From positions 2,640,001 through 2,672,000 of the forward strand of contig NC_014833.1 in NCBI RefSeq assembly GCF_000179635.2: a stretch of DNA of 32,000 nucleotides, in the 5' to 3' direction. This stretch comes from Ruminococcus albus 7 = DSM 20455 (GTDB lineage: Bacteria > Bacillota > Clostridia > Oscillospirales > Ruminococcaceae). The translations under genes and the position numbers were made by a program. Numbering within the stretch: the first letter of the stretch is position 1; each line of letters begins with the position of its first letter. Positions 8,180 to 17,358 of the stretch are shown here, piece by piece. The notes below the pieces were generated by a model that was not told the origin of the DNA, searched no databases, and was given only the letters and a program-made list of their open reading frames with translations.

Positions 8180-9331
8180 CTATATCCTTTCAACAATTAT
8201 CTCATTACATCCGTAATGGTGAAACAGTGCTGCAAGCTCATTCATGGCATCAGTATTTTCGGGGGCTGAATCTGTTACGATAAGCACAGAATCGTACTTT
8301 TTAATATCGTACAGGAAAGTCTGCCTGCCTTTTTCGTAGAAGCTTTGCAGCTTATATCCGTTGAATACGGGATAGTCTGCGGCTTCGCATATCCCTATGG
8401 GACTGCGGGTGGTGGCATGGAACTTCACGCTGTTGTATCTGCCGCTGTTTTCAAGCTTTTCAGCTATGATAAGACCTGCATACATACATTCCTCGGTGCC
8501 GATGACGGCTATATCTTTCCCTGTGGGTATCATGGTGCTGTCGGCTGAATCTATCATATCATGCCGTGATAGGATGCTGTCAGCATACTCCCCTATCTTA
8601 ACACCTGTTCTGGGTGTAGTGCAGGGATCAGGTTTAGTAAGGCATGATGCTTTTATCATACTGTCAGCTTCAGGCAGGTCATCTGCACCGCGGATATTGA
8701 ATGCGTTTACTGTATCTGTATAGTCAATATTCTCTATCTTCAAAAGCTGTCTGCAGATCATGCCGCGGCTTTCAAGGCGGCTGATATTCTCATCGCTCAT
8801 GCGGTTTATGACCGAAGCGGCAACTATCCTTTTGTCGCAAAGCTGAGGAAATTCATCCCTCATCTGTTCTATCATATTGATAAGGGTCTTGCCTGTAGAG
8901 AACTCATCGTCCACGAATATGACAGTATCGGTATCACCGAGGGCTGCAGCAAAGCCGTCTGCAGAAAGCTTCTGCTCGGTAGCATGGCTGTGTTCCTCCT
9001 GAAATTCTATCCACCTGCTGACCTCCGTTACTTCCTCACGGGTGGTCTGTATATATGTACAATCCCTGCCCATACATTCAGCAACGGCAGCACCAATGGC
9101 TGTAGCGGTTTCGGCAAAGCCTACCACAAGCTTTGTACCCGGAAATTCCCTGCTCAGTTCTCCGCCAAGAGTGCGCATCATAGCAAGGGATGCCTTGGGA
9201 CTGACAGGTATATGCTTGCCCTGCAGGGGGTCTACCAGAAGATAGGTGCGCTTTGTGTTGTGAAAGCGTTTTGCAAGACGCATAAGCTGTTCCACGGAAT
9301 ATCTTTTTATCGTGGTCTGTTGGTTTTCCAT
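8180..9331 (-). CDS. Phosphoribosyltransferase (PRTase_2-like) fused to a C-terminal TRSP domain
   Basis: 383 aa with AAGGAG as RBS. The classic PRPP-binding loop is VIFVDDEFSTGKT. The C-terminal region contains the eponymous motif HATTRSPIG. Confidence 0.75.
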   Translation of the reverse strand: MENQQTTIKRYSVEQLMRLAKRFHNTKRTYLLVDPLQGKHIPVSPKASLAMMRTLGGELSREFPGTKLVVGFAETATAIGAAVAECMGRDCTYIQTTREEVTEVSRWIEFQEEHSHATEQKLSADGFAAALGDTDTVIFVDDEFSTGKTLINMIEQMRDEFPQLCDKRIVAASVINRMSDENISRLESRGMICRQLLKIENIDYTDTVNAFNIRGADDLPEADSMIKASCLTKPDPCTTPRTGVKIGEYADSILSRHDMIDSADSTMIPTGKDIAVIGTEECMYAGLIIAEKLENSGRYNSVKFHATTRSPIGICEAADYPVFNGYKLQSFYEKGRQTFLYDIKKYDSVLIVTDSAPENTDAMNELAALFHHYGCNEIIVERI

Positions 9332-9423
9332 ATTTTATCTCCTTTGTCCAAATAATATATGCTCAGTAAAATGCCCGTGATATCCTCACAGACATTTTAC
9401 CGTTCACATAGTCATTACCGTAA

Positions 9424-9455
9424 ACACGGCTCGCACAAAAACGTGTGAGCCGTGT
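9424..9455 (-). terminator. Hairpin after the ATPase gene (possible weak terminator or attenuator)
   Basis: 12-13 bp stem cacggctcgcac / gtgtgagccgtg with one G:T pair. On the minus strand it is followed only by TTTAC, a poor U-tract. Confidence 0.35.
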
Positions 9456-9472
9456 ACAGTATGATATTTGTT

Positions 9473-12238
9473 TTATTCAGCCTTAGCAGGTGCAGATACT
9501 GCCTTTCTGATAAGATCGACAGGTATCATGGTGAGTGCCATGAGTACTACTACGATCCAGCCTGAGATACCGAAAGGTACACAGCTGAACATCTTACCCA
9601 GCCACTGGAAAGGTGCCAGGGGGATAAGTGCGCAGTTTACGATCACTGCCTGAACAGCCATAATTGATATCATAGTCTTCAGGAAACCGGGATTAAGGTT
9701 CAGACCCTTGAAGATGCCGAACTTTTCATCTCTAACATTGAAGCCGTTGGCAAGTGCGCTGACAATAAACAGTACGAAGTAGCCTGTCTTCAGTTTCTCG
9801 ATATTACCGCCGAAGAAGTTCTGGCAAAGCAGACCCTTGGAAAGATCCTTCATAACGTCGCCCACGCTGTTGCCTGCTGCAGGGATCAGGAAGTACAGGA
9901 AGCTCATGATAGTCAGCCATGCGCCCATTACACCGATCTGTACAGCCATAGGCTTGCTGATGATGCTCTCATCTCTTCTTCTGGGCTTCTCGCGCATATA
10001 CTTCTCAAATGCGGGCTCATTACCCAGCATGATAGCGCCAAGACCGTCCATAACGAGGTTGACGAACAGCAGGTGTGTTACCTTCAGGGGTTCTTCGATA
10101 CCGAAGAAAGGTCCGAAAGCGGATACCAGTACAGCTGCAACGTTGATCACCAGCTGGAACTTACAGAATTTAAGGATATTGTTGTAGATGGTTCTGCCGT
10201 AGAGGATAGCATCCTTGATGGACTTGAAGTTATCATCGAGGATAACGATCTCGCCTGCTTCCTTGGCAGCTTCGGTACCGCTGCCCATAGCAAAGCCGAC
10301 ATCAGCCTTTTTAAGTGCAGGGCTGTCGTTTACGCCGTCGCCTGTCATACCTACAACGAGGTTCATTTCCTGACAGATCCTTACCATTCTTGACTTATCT
10401 GTAGGAAGCGCTCTTGCAATAACACGGATATCTCTTACGATCTTCTTTACTTCGTCATCAGACATCTTGTTGAGTTCAGCAGAAGAAAGTGCTATATCCT
10501 TGTCACTCTTGATAAGACCTGCATCCTTAGCGATAGCCTTTGCGGTTTCAAGACGGTCACCAGTGATCATAACTACCTGGATGCCTGCCTCCTGTACCTC
10601 GTGGATAGCTTCCTTAGCCTCGGCACGAACATCATCACGTATACCAACAAGACCGATGATAACAACATCATCATTGATCTCATTCTCTACCATAGGCTTT
10701 TCGGAATAACCAAAGCTCAGTACACGCATTGCCTTGTTTGCAAGTGCATCGATCTTTTCGTTCAGCTTGTCCATATCTATATCCTTGATATTGCCGTCGG
10801 CATCAAGGTACTTTGCAGCCTTTGCGAGAAGTCTTTCGGGAGCGCCCTTGTAGAAGGTCTTGCCCAGATTATCTATTCTGGACTGGCTGAACTTGTTAGC
10901 GGAGTTGAAGCCCTGATATGTGGTGACTTCATATTCCTTGTTATCCTTCAGTGCATTGAAATCAGCCTCACCGATGAAGTGCATCAGAGCCTGATCTGTG
11001 AAGTTACCGCCGATGACATTGTGGTTGCCGTCGAACAGTGACTGTGTATTCTTACCGATGGAGATATCCAGCAGTTCTTTGACTTTCTTGCTGTTTGCAA
11101 GCTTGTCTGCGGGAACGACTTCGCCGTCAGCAGTGAAGAATTCAACAACTTCAAGCTTACCCTTTGTGATAGTACCTGTCTTATCGGAGAACAGAACGTT
11201 CAGCGAACCTGCTGTTTCAATACCGACAGCCTTGCGGACAAGTACGTTATGGTCGAGCATCTTGCTGGTGTTCTGCATAAGAACAAGGGAAATCATCAGC
11301 GGCAGACCTTCAGGTACTGCGCAGACAACTATGATGATAGCGATAGATACACCTTCAACAAACTTGCCTATGATATCACCGATAGTCCAGTTCTCTGTTA
11401 TATTGAAGAAAACAGAGGGACCCTTGCCAAGTATCTCACCGGCATCGGTAGTTACATTTGCAAAGAAAATGAAATAGATCATGTAAACGATAGCTATAAC
11501 GATAGCAGAGATATAACCGAATACGGAGATCTGCTTAGCAAGCTTGGCAAGCTTTACCTTCAGAGGTGAATCTGGTTCTTCCTCATTCATCTCCTCAGCC
11601 ATCTTACCCATCATGGTCTTCAGACCGACCTGTCTTACATCGAGGTATCCCTCACCGTCGATACATACAGCACCTCTGAACAGCGAGTGTTCATCAACGA
11701 AGGTATCACCTGTGATATCTGTAGGCATCTCAAAGCCTGCCTCAGCAGCAGTCTTTTTACATTCCTCTGCCTCACCGTTAAGTGCGGAGTTATCGACTTT
11801 GATATTGCCGTGTACAAGCACACCGTCTGCGGGTATTTTGTCACCGGACTGGAGAAGTATCAGGTCACCCTGAACGACATCATCCACTTCGATAACATTG
11901 GTTGCACCGTCACGGATCGCCTTACACTTATCCTTTTCGGAATTTTCCTTGAGCTCGATATACTTCTGGTCGCTGGCTACATTAGTCTTTGCAGAAACAA
12001 ATGCTACTATCAGTACAGCAACTATGGTACCAACAGGCTCATAAGGTTCAGCATAACCTACGAAAGCCATTATTATCATCAGTACTGCTATAGCCAGCAG
12101 TATCTTGATCATAGGGTCACCGAAGGTTTCAAGAAACTCTTTCAGGAACGTCGTGGGCTCAGCCTCAGGTATGGCATTGGAGCCGTTTTTGGCGCGTGAT
12201 TCTTCGACCTGCTTTGAGGTCAAACCTTTAAGATCCAT
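9473..12238 (-). CDS. P2-type (Ca2+-translocating) P-type ATPase
   Basis: The ORF track starts at TTG 12271. ATG 12238 (MDLKGLTSKQVEESR) follows AAGGGAG by 9 nt. Diagnostic motifs are the DKTGT phosphorylation site (FSDKTGTITKG), the TM4 PEGLP (AVPEGLPLMISL), TGDGVNDSPALKKADVGFAMG, and about 10 TM segments. Confidence 0.9.
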   Translation of the reverse strand: MDLKGLTSKQVEESRAKNGSNAIPEAEPTTFLKEFLETFGDPMIKILLAIAVLMIIMAFVGYAEPYEPVGTIVAVLIVAFVSAKTNVASDQKYIELKENSEKDKCKAIRDGATNVIEVDDVVQGDLILLQSGDKIPADGVLVHGNIKVDNSALNGEAEECKKTAAEAGFEMPTDITGDTFVDEHSLFRGAVCIDGEGYLDVRQVGLKTMMGKMAEEMNEEEPDSPLKVKLAKLAKQISVFGYISAIVIAIVYMIYFIFFANVTTDAGEILGKGPSVFFNITENWTIGDIIGKFVEGVSIAIIIVVCAVPEGLPLMISLVLMQNTSKMLDHNVLVRKAVGIETAGSLNVLFSDKTGTITKGKLEVVEFFTADGEVVPADKLANSKKVKELLDISIGKNTQSLFDGNHNVIGGNFTDQALMHFIGEADFNALKDNKEYEVTTYQGFNSANKFSQSRIDNLGKTFYKGAPERLLAKAAKYLDADGNIKDIDMDKLNEKIDALANKAMRVLSFGYSEKPMVENEINDDVVIIGLVGIRDDVRAEAKEAIHEVQEAGIQVVMITGDRLETAKAIAKDAGLIKSDKDIALSSAELNKMSDDEVKKIVRDIRVIARALPTDKSRMVRICQEMNLVVGMTGDGVNDSPALKKADVGFAMGSGTEAAKEAGEIVILDDNFKSIKDAILYGRTIYNNILKFCKFQLVINVAAVLVSAFGPFFGIEEPLKVTHLLFVNLVMDGLGAIMLGNEPAFEKYMREKPRRRDESIISKPMAVQIGVMGAWLTIMSFLYFLIPAAGNSVGDVMKDLSKGLLCQNFFGGNIEKLKTGYFVLFIVSALANGFNVRDEKFGIFKGLNLNPGFLKTMISIMAVQAVIVNCALIPLAPFQWLGKMFSCVPFGISGWIVVVLMALTMIPVDLIRKAVSAPAKAE

Positions 12239-12290
12239 ATAATTATACTCCCTTACAGATTTATCCAACAAAAACGTTAGAAATATTTGT

Positions 12291-12330
12291 CAGAAAATAA
12301 GGAGAAACCGCGGCGCCGCCGCAGTTCTCC
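12291..12330 (-). terminator. GC-rich hairpin plus U-tract between terD and the ATPase gene (partial terminator or attenuator)
   Basis: Minus strand: GGAGAACTGCGGCGGCGCCGCGGTTTCTCC followed by TTATTTTCTG. Confidence 0.5.
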
Positions 12331-12359
12331 TGTTTTCTCGGTTTAGATTCGGGTCTTTA

Positions 12360-13010
12360 TCACATACCCGCATATCTCTTGGCGAGATCGGCTATGCTGC
12401 CGTCATTGGTACCCTGACCAATGGCATTGAACTTCCATTCGTTGCCGTGTCTGTATATCTCACCGAATACCATAGCAGTTATGCCGGGGTAGCTCTCGGT
12501 AAGATTGTACCTGCATATCTCATTGTTGTTCCTGCCGTCCACCAGCCTGATGAATGCATTTCTTATCATGCCGAAATGCTGGTTCTTCTGCATAGCATGG
12601 TAGATATTTACAGAAACTACTATCCTGTCATACATCGGAGGCACCTGTGAGAGATCTACAACGATCTGCTCATCATCACCGTCACCCGCACCTGTCAGGT
12701 TATCGCCCATGTGGACTACAGAACCTGTTGCATGACGAAGATTGCCGTAGTATACGATATCGTTCTTGTTTGTGAGTCTGCCGCCCTGAAGGAGGAAAGC
12801 CGAAGCATCGCAGTCGATAGTATCGCCGCCGACACTCTGCATATTTCCGGAGGTGTTTCCGCCGAAGAGGTTGGAGAAGAATCCACCCTGCTTCTGCTGT
12901 GCGGGTGCAGGCGCAGCCTCATCCCAGCCCAGACCGACAATTACCTTTGAAAGTCCTGCACTCTCTTTTGAAAGGCTGACTTTTTGTCCTTTTTGCAGAT
13001 TGATAGACAT
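12360..13010 (-). CDS. terD: TerD-domain protein (Ca2+-binding type), paralog 1
   Basis: N-terminus MSINLQKGQKVSL...VGLGWD. Metal-site motifs are DCDASAF and [21 protein letters not shown]. The C-terminal motif is [11 protein letters not shown]. Confidence 0.9.
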   Translation of the reverse strand: MSINLQKGQKVSLSKESAGLSKVIVGLGWDEAAPAPAQQKQGGFFSNLFGGNTSGNMQSVGGDTIDCDASAFLLQGGRLTNKNDIVYYGNLRHATGSVVHMGDNLTGAGDGDDEQIVVDLSQVPPMYDRIVVSVNIYHAMQKNQHFGMIRNAFIRLVDGRNNNEICRYNLTESYPGITAMVFGEIYRHGNEWKFNAIGQGTNDGSIADLAKRYAGM

Positions 13011-13028
13011 GATCTGATCGCTCCTTAA

Positions 13029-13610
13029 TTACTCAGCGTCGATGCCGTAGTGACCGCAAAGTGCAGCCAGACCGCCCTGGAAGCCGCTGCCGATAGCGTT
13101 GAACTTCCACTCGCCGTTATTTCTGTAAAGCTCGCCTACAACGATCGCAGTTTCGATGGAGAAATCCTCACCCAGATCATATCTGATGATCTCCTCACCG
13201 GTTGCCTGATCTACAACACGGATGAAGGAATTGGATACCTGACCGAAGTTCTGTCTTCTGTTGTCAGCATCATATATAGTAACAGTGAAAGCTATCTTGG
13301 AGATATTTTCAGGGATCAGGCTCAGGTCGATCATGATCTGCTCGTCATCGCCGTCGCCGCCGCCTGTCAGGTTATCACCCATGTGCTTAACAGAACCGCT
13401 TGCGTGCTCAAGGTTGCCGTAGAAGATGAATTCCTTCTCGGTGGGGCATCTGCCGCTGTCATCTACCATGAATGCAGCTGTATCCAGGTCGAAATCAGAA
13501 CCTGAATCGAATGCGTTTACGTCCCAGCCCAGACCTACCATGATATTCTTCAGTCCGGGATTACCCTTTGTTAAGCTTACTTTCTGTCCTTTGCTAAGAT
13601 TGATAGGCAT
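13029..13610 (-). CDS. terD: TerD-domain protein (Ca2+-binding type), paralog 2
   Basis: The ORF track starts at 13697, but AGGAGG plus 8 nt precedes ATG 13610 ([13 protein letters not shown]). Motifs are [28 protein letters not shown] and [12 protein letters not shown]. Confidence 0.9.
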   Translation of the reverse strand: MPINLSKGQKVSLTKGNPGLKNIMVGLGWDVNAFDSGSDFDLDTAAFMVDDSGRCPTEKEFIFYGNLEHASGSVKHMGDNLTGGGDGDDEQIMIDLSLIPENISKIAFTVTIYDADNRRQNFGQVSNSFIRVVDQATGEEIIRYDLGEDFSIETAIVVGELYRNNGEWKFNAIGSGFQGGLAALCGHYGIDAE

Positions 13611-13696
13611 AATATTGTCCTCCTTATAAATACATTTTGGCTTATTGCCTTTCTTTTGGTTTCGGGCTTTCGCCCATTTATCTCTCCGTATTTGCA

Positions 13697-13725
13697 ATTA
13701 TAGCAGATTTTACCCTGCTTGTCCA
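13697..13725 (-). promoter_or_regulatory. Internal promoter upstream of the terD pair
   Basis: Minus strand: TGGACA (13725-13720), 17-nt spacer, extended -10 TGcTATAAT (13702-13697). It sits in the 165-nt telA-terD gap. A GGGCgaaaGCCC hairpin lies in the predicted leader. Confidence 0.5.
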
Positions 13726-13775
13726 GCTACGCAAGTTGGAACTTCCGCAACGGGCAGTTGCAATTTACAGACAGC

Positions 13776-14963
13776 TTACTTTCTCTTGTCGGGAACATCG
13801 TAGTGAGCCTTGAAATCCTGCTTGATAGCTTCAAGTCTTACCTTATCTTCCTGACGCTTCTTCTTAGCCTCAGCCTCGATACCTCTTGTTTCCTCGATAC
13901 CGTTCATGATGGTCTTCCATGTGGTCTCGAGAGTTTCGATCTGTATGGAGCTGCCTGAAGCAAGTCTTGCGGTCATCTTGGACTGCTCAACTGTATTATG
14001 TGCATTCTTTATGAGCATCTCGTTTGTCTTCTGATCGAGTGCTGCCATAGACTCAGCCTGTATCTTCTGACGTTTCAGAAGTATAGCCTGTGCCAGAGCC
14101 TGCTTGAATATAGGCAGGGTGATTATGAATGCGGAGTTTATCTTTCTTACCAGGTTGTAGTTTGAGAACTCCATGGTCTTGAGCATTGGTATGGACTGCA
14201 TAGCAACGTTCTCGGCTGTTCTCAGGTCCTGTACTCTCTGTTCAAGCATCATAAGAGCCTGATTGAGGGACTGGAGCTCGAACTGTATGGAGTTGTCGCC
14301 TGTCTTGGTAAGCTCATCCTGCTTCTGTGCTATGTAAGCTTCCAGCTCACGGCAGCCCTGCTCACCTGCGAGTATATACTTTACAAGGTCGTGATAGAAG
14401 TTAACATTAGCCTCGAACATGGTGTTCAGCTTTCTGTTGGACTGCTTGATCTCATCCTCATATTTTCTCAGCTGAACGTAGATCTTATCCACCTCGTCAC
14501 CCATAGTATGGTACTTTGCGAGTATCTTATCCAGCTGTTTTCTTGCGTTGTTGAAGAACTTCTTGAAGAACGAGGGATCGTCCTTTATCTCATCAACATC
14601 GAACTTAGACATGATATTGGCAAGCACCTGCATAAGCTGGCTGGTCTCGTCGATCTGTGTCATATTCATGCTGTTGAGCACCTGGTCGGAAGCCTTTGCT
14701 ATCTCGTCGGCAGCCTCAGCGCCGAAGGTAACGATAGAATCCAGGTTATCAAGCTCGATAGTGCTTACAAGAGCATCTACCTCGGGTGAATTTACCAGCT
14801 CGGTGGTCATCTGCTCTCTGTCAGCCACGATATCGTACTTTTCTACTACTGAAAGCTCTGTCTCCTGTGCCACAGGAGCAGCAGCTGCGGTAGGTATTGC
14901 GTCTGTTGTCGGTGCTGCTGCAGGTGCGGCCTGGGGAGCAGCCTTTGAAAAATCAAGTCCCAT
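13776..14963 (-). CDS. telA: TelA-family toxic-anion-resistance protein (YceH-like)
   Basis: 395 aa. An Ala/Pro-rich N-terminus is followed by a long helical body resembling TelA/YceH. The start lies 2 nt after the upstream stop, with GAGAGG as RBS inside the upstream gene's end. Confidence 0.8.
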   Translation of the reverse strand: MGLDFSKAAPQAAPAAAPTTDAIPTAAAAPVAQETELSVVEKYDIVADREQMTTELVNSPEVDALVSTIELDNLDSIVTFGAEAADEIAKASDQVLNSMNMTQIDETSQLMQVLANIMSKFDVDEIKDDPSFFKKFFNNARKQLDKILAKYHTMGDEVDKIYVQLRKYEDEIKQSNRKLNTMFEANVNFYHDLVKYILAGEQGCRELEAYIAQKQDELTKTGDNSIQFELQSLNQALMMLEQRVQDLRTAENVAMQSIPMLKTMEFSNYNLVRKINSAFIITLPIFKQALAQAILLKRQKIQAESMAALDQKTNEMLIKNAHNTVEQSKMTARLASGSSIQIETLETTWKTIMNGIEETRGIEAEAKKKRQEDKVRLEAIKQDFKAHYDVPDKRK

Positions 14964-14965
14964 AG

Positions 14966-17251
14966 TTATTTACCTCTCTTAAATATTCTTTCTCGCCATG
15001 AAGTTGGCTGTTTTTTAACTACAAATCTTCTCAGGTCTGGCACGTTAAGGTCGTAGACGTACTGCCCTACCTGATGCTCCTCCATAACGGTGGAGCTGAA
15101 GAATTTCTCAACGCTCTGATACCCTGTGGGCACGAAGAATACTATATCGAAGCCTATAAGGTTCAGGAATGCGATGATTATTGAATCCTCCAATGATATT
15201 ACCCTTTCGCCGGGATTTACATATACCAGCTTGGGGTTTGACTTTGTAAAATCAAAACTCTGTATCTTTCTGACCATATCCATATTCAGGTTCATTATGG
15301 TCGCAACTATCGTATACTCTGTGCCGTTTTCAAAAGTGCCCTTTATCATACGGCTGTCGATGAGCAGCTGAAGCTTATCGAGTATATGATCCTGTATCTC
15401 ATCCCTCAGGAAACCGTAGTGGTAGCTGGGGTGATTCTTTATCACCTGTCTTTGCAGCACTCCCCTTTTCAGGAACTCAGTGCTGTAGCTCTTCATCTCG
15501 TTATAGCTGTCAGAGCTTATATACGGCGCCTGTGTGATAAGGAATGTATCGGGGGTCAACAGCTGCTTGATGCTGCCCCAGTACTGTTCAAGGTCGCCGT
15601 CCTTTACACCTGATACCTTTGCGAAGATGACGGGCATATTCACCACGTCTTCAACTGTACTGAAATTCGGACGGTATTTAAGTTCCTCTTTCCAGAGCAG
15701 TGCTATCTCCTCGTACATTGTCTTTAGTGTTACCGCATTGGCCTTGGAATACTGCCTGTTGCGGTATATACCCGAGTCCTGATACATCAGTGTATCCAGT
15801 TCGCGCTCGGCATGGTACGCAAGGGTAGGCATCTGCAGCTGAGTAGTCTCCGACGGGAATTTCTTCGCATCAAGAGTTTCAGCACAATTCTGCTCAAACA
15901 GCAGCTTATCTTTAAGGCAGCACTTATCAGCGCTAAGGTCGGGCACCAGTATCAGCACATCCACAGGCAGCCTTGCCAGAAATCTCAGGAACATGGCTTC
16001 GTGCTCGTTCTTGCAGCCGCCCATGAGTATGAAGCAGGCAAGTTCGGGCATACGCCAGTTTGTGAAAAGCTGCGCCATATAGCGTTTCAGCCAGCATATC
16101 ATATATACTGCCTTGTTGGTCAGCCTGTTGAGGTTGCTCGGATCAGCCGCACATTCGCCCAGCATGATATCCACAAAGTTTTTCGCCATTACCCTCTGCA
16201 GTTCGATGTTATTGCCGTAGCGTATCTGCAAAGCCAGATCGGCTATCATCTGTTCGGGCTGGTTATAGTATTTTCTCGGCACACCGTTTATCTCGTCCGG
16301 TGACGGCAGAGGTATGCCCTCATCTATCACCACGACTTTTCTGCCGTTCTTTTTAAGTTCAAGCTGCATCTGATAAAGGTCATTGAGGTAAGTCATCTTA
16401 TCCCACACACCGTTTATCCTTGTGAAGATGTTATAATACATCTTCGGGTCAGAACCTCTCTCATTAGCTGGACGCTTGAAATCGGATATATGATCCTCTT
16501 CTCCGCTGAGCCATGCATTTGTGCAGTTAGTGAACCTCGGTTCAGCCCCGTATAGCCTCTGCCTGTTCGCCTGAGCCTGCTGCATCTGACGCATATTGTT
16601 AAGGCTGAAACCGTCGGGGAAAGCCCCCAGTCCTGCGATATCCAGTTTGAAGGAATCGGCTGACTGCGGATCGAGTTTCAGATATTCATCATCACCATGA
16701 TACTGCAAAAGCACCACATCGCATCCTGCGTTTGAAAGTACGGTTATCAGCAGAAGTTCATAGTTGCTGATATCGCCCTCATAGAGTATCTTAGGCACCT
16801 TGCTCTCACCAAGCTGAGAAGTCACGCGCTCAAACTTATAGTAAAGCCAGCACATGAATTTGATATAACAGTTTTTCAGCATATTATCATTTTTACCCTG
16901 AGTTCTCAGCACACTCAGTGTATTGTATATAGAGCCTGCAACGGCACTGCGCTGGTATTCACTCATACGGGGGAGCCATTTTTTCAGCTTCATATTCAGG
17001 AAGTTCAGATCCATTTTGAAATCCATGCCCATCATTTCTTCAAAATAGGCGAGGTTCTTGTTATCGGGATTTGGTATCCTGCCCTCGATGATGACACCGC
17101 CTGTGCGTGCGGCTTCATAATATTTTTTCAAAAATTCCGCTACCTGCTCGTTATATCCGCAGAAGCGGTAAAAATAAACTCCTTTTTCGGGTCTTGCGCT
17201 AAGTTCCTTGAAGTAGTCATCAAGCCCGACCAATCTCTTATGTTCAAACAT
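14966..17251 (-). CDS. Large soluble protein, YceG-like (Ter-associated protein of unknown function)
   Basis: 761 aa, with no TM segment or signal peptide. The call rests mainly on position immediately upstream of, and coupled to, telA, as in B. subtilis yceG-yceH. I recognise no catalytic motif. Confidence 0.45.
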   Translation of the reverse strand: MFEHKRLVGLDDYFKELSARPEKGVYFYRFCGYNEQVAEFLKKYYEAARTGGVIIEGRIPNPDNKNLAYFEEMMGMDFKMDLNFLNMKLKKWLPRMSEYQRSAVAGSIYNTLSVLRTQGKNDNMLKNCYIKFMCWLYYKFERVTSQLGESKVPKILYEGDISNYELLLITVLSNAGCDVVLLQYHGDDEYLKLDPQSADSFKLDIAGLGAFPDGFSLNNMRQMQQAQANRQRLYGAEPRFTNCTNAWLSGEEDHISDFKRPANERGSDPKMYYNIFTRINGVWDKMTYLNDLYQMQLELKKNGRKVVVIDEGIPLPSPDEINGVPRKYYNQPEQMIADLALQIRYGNNIELQRVMAKNFVDIMLGECAADPSNLNRLTNKAVYMICWLKRYMAQLFTNWRMPELACFILMGGCKNEHEAMFLRFLARLPVDVLILVPDLSADKCCLKDKLLFEQNCAETLDAKKFPSETTQLQMPTLAYHAERELDTLMYQDSGIYRNRQYSKANAVTLKTMYEEIALLWKEELKYRPNFSTVEDVVNMPVIFAKVSGVKDGDLEQYWGSIKQLLTPDTFLITQAPYISSDSYNEMKSYSTEFLKRGVLQRQVIKNHPSYHYGFLRDEIQDHILDKLQLLIDSRMIKGTFENGTEYTIVATIMNLNMDMVRKIQSFDFTKSNPKLVYVNPGERVISLEDSIIIAFLNLIGFDIVFFVPTGYQSVEKFFSSTVMEEHQVGQYVYDLNVPDLRRFVVKKQPTSWRERIFKRGK

Positions 17252-17358
17252 TCAGACATACCCTTATTTATCCGCTTAATAAGCCCTTATATCGGCTTTT
17301 TGCGGAGCATTATTTCTTTTTGGATAAAACCGATTATACGGCTTTATTTTCCTCAATT

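Noticed and set aside
12239-12359. Possible yybP-ykoY (Mn2+) riboswitch or other leader upstream of the P-type ATPase.
   Set aside because: Only a generic GC hairpin plus a CTGACA string are present. The conserved GGGGAGUAG / GGCAAGAC cores are absent and the gap is too short.
12800-12930. ~30-aa Gln/Gly/Phe-rich insertion (AAPAPAQQKQGGFFSNLFGGNTSGNMQSVGG) in TerD paralog 1, considered as a novel insert.
   Set aside because: As far as I recall, similar Gly/Phe-rich loops between the first strands occur in many Firmicute TerD paralogs. It is not distinctive without an alignment.
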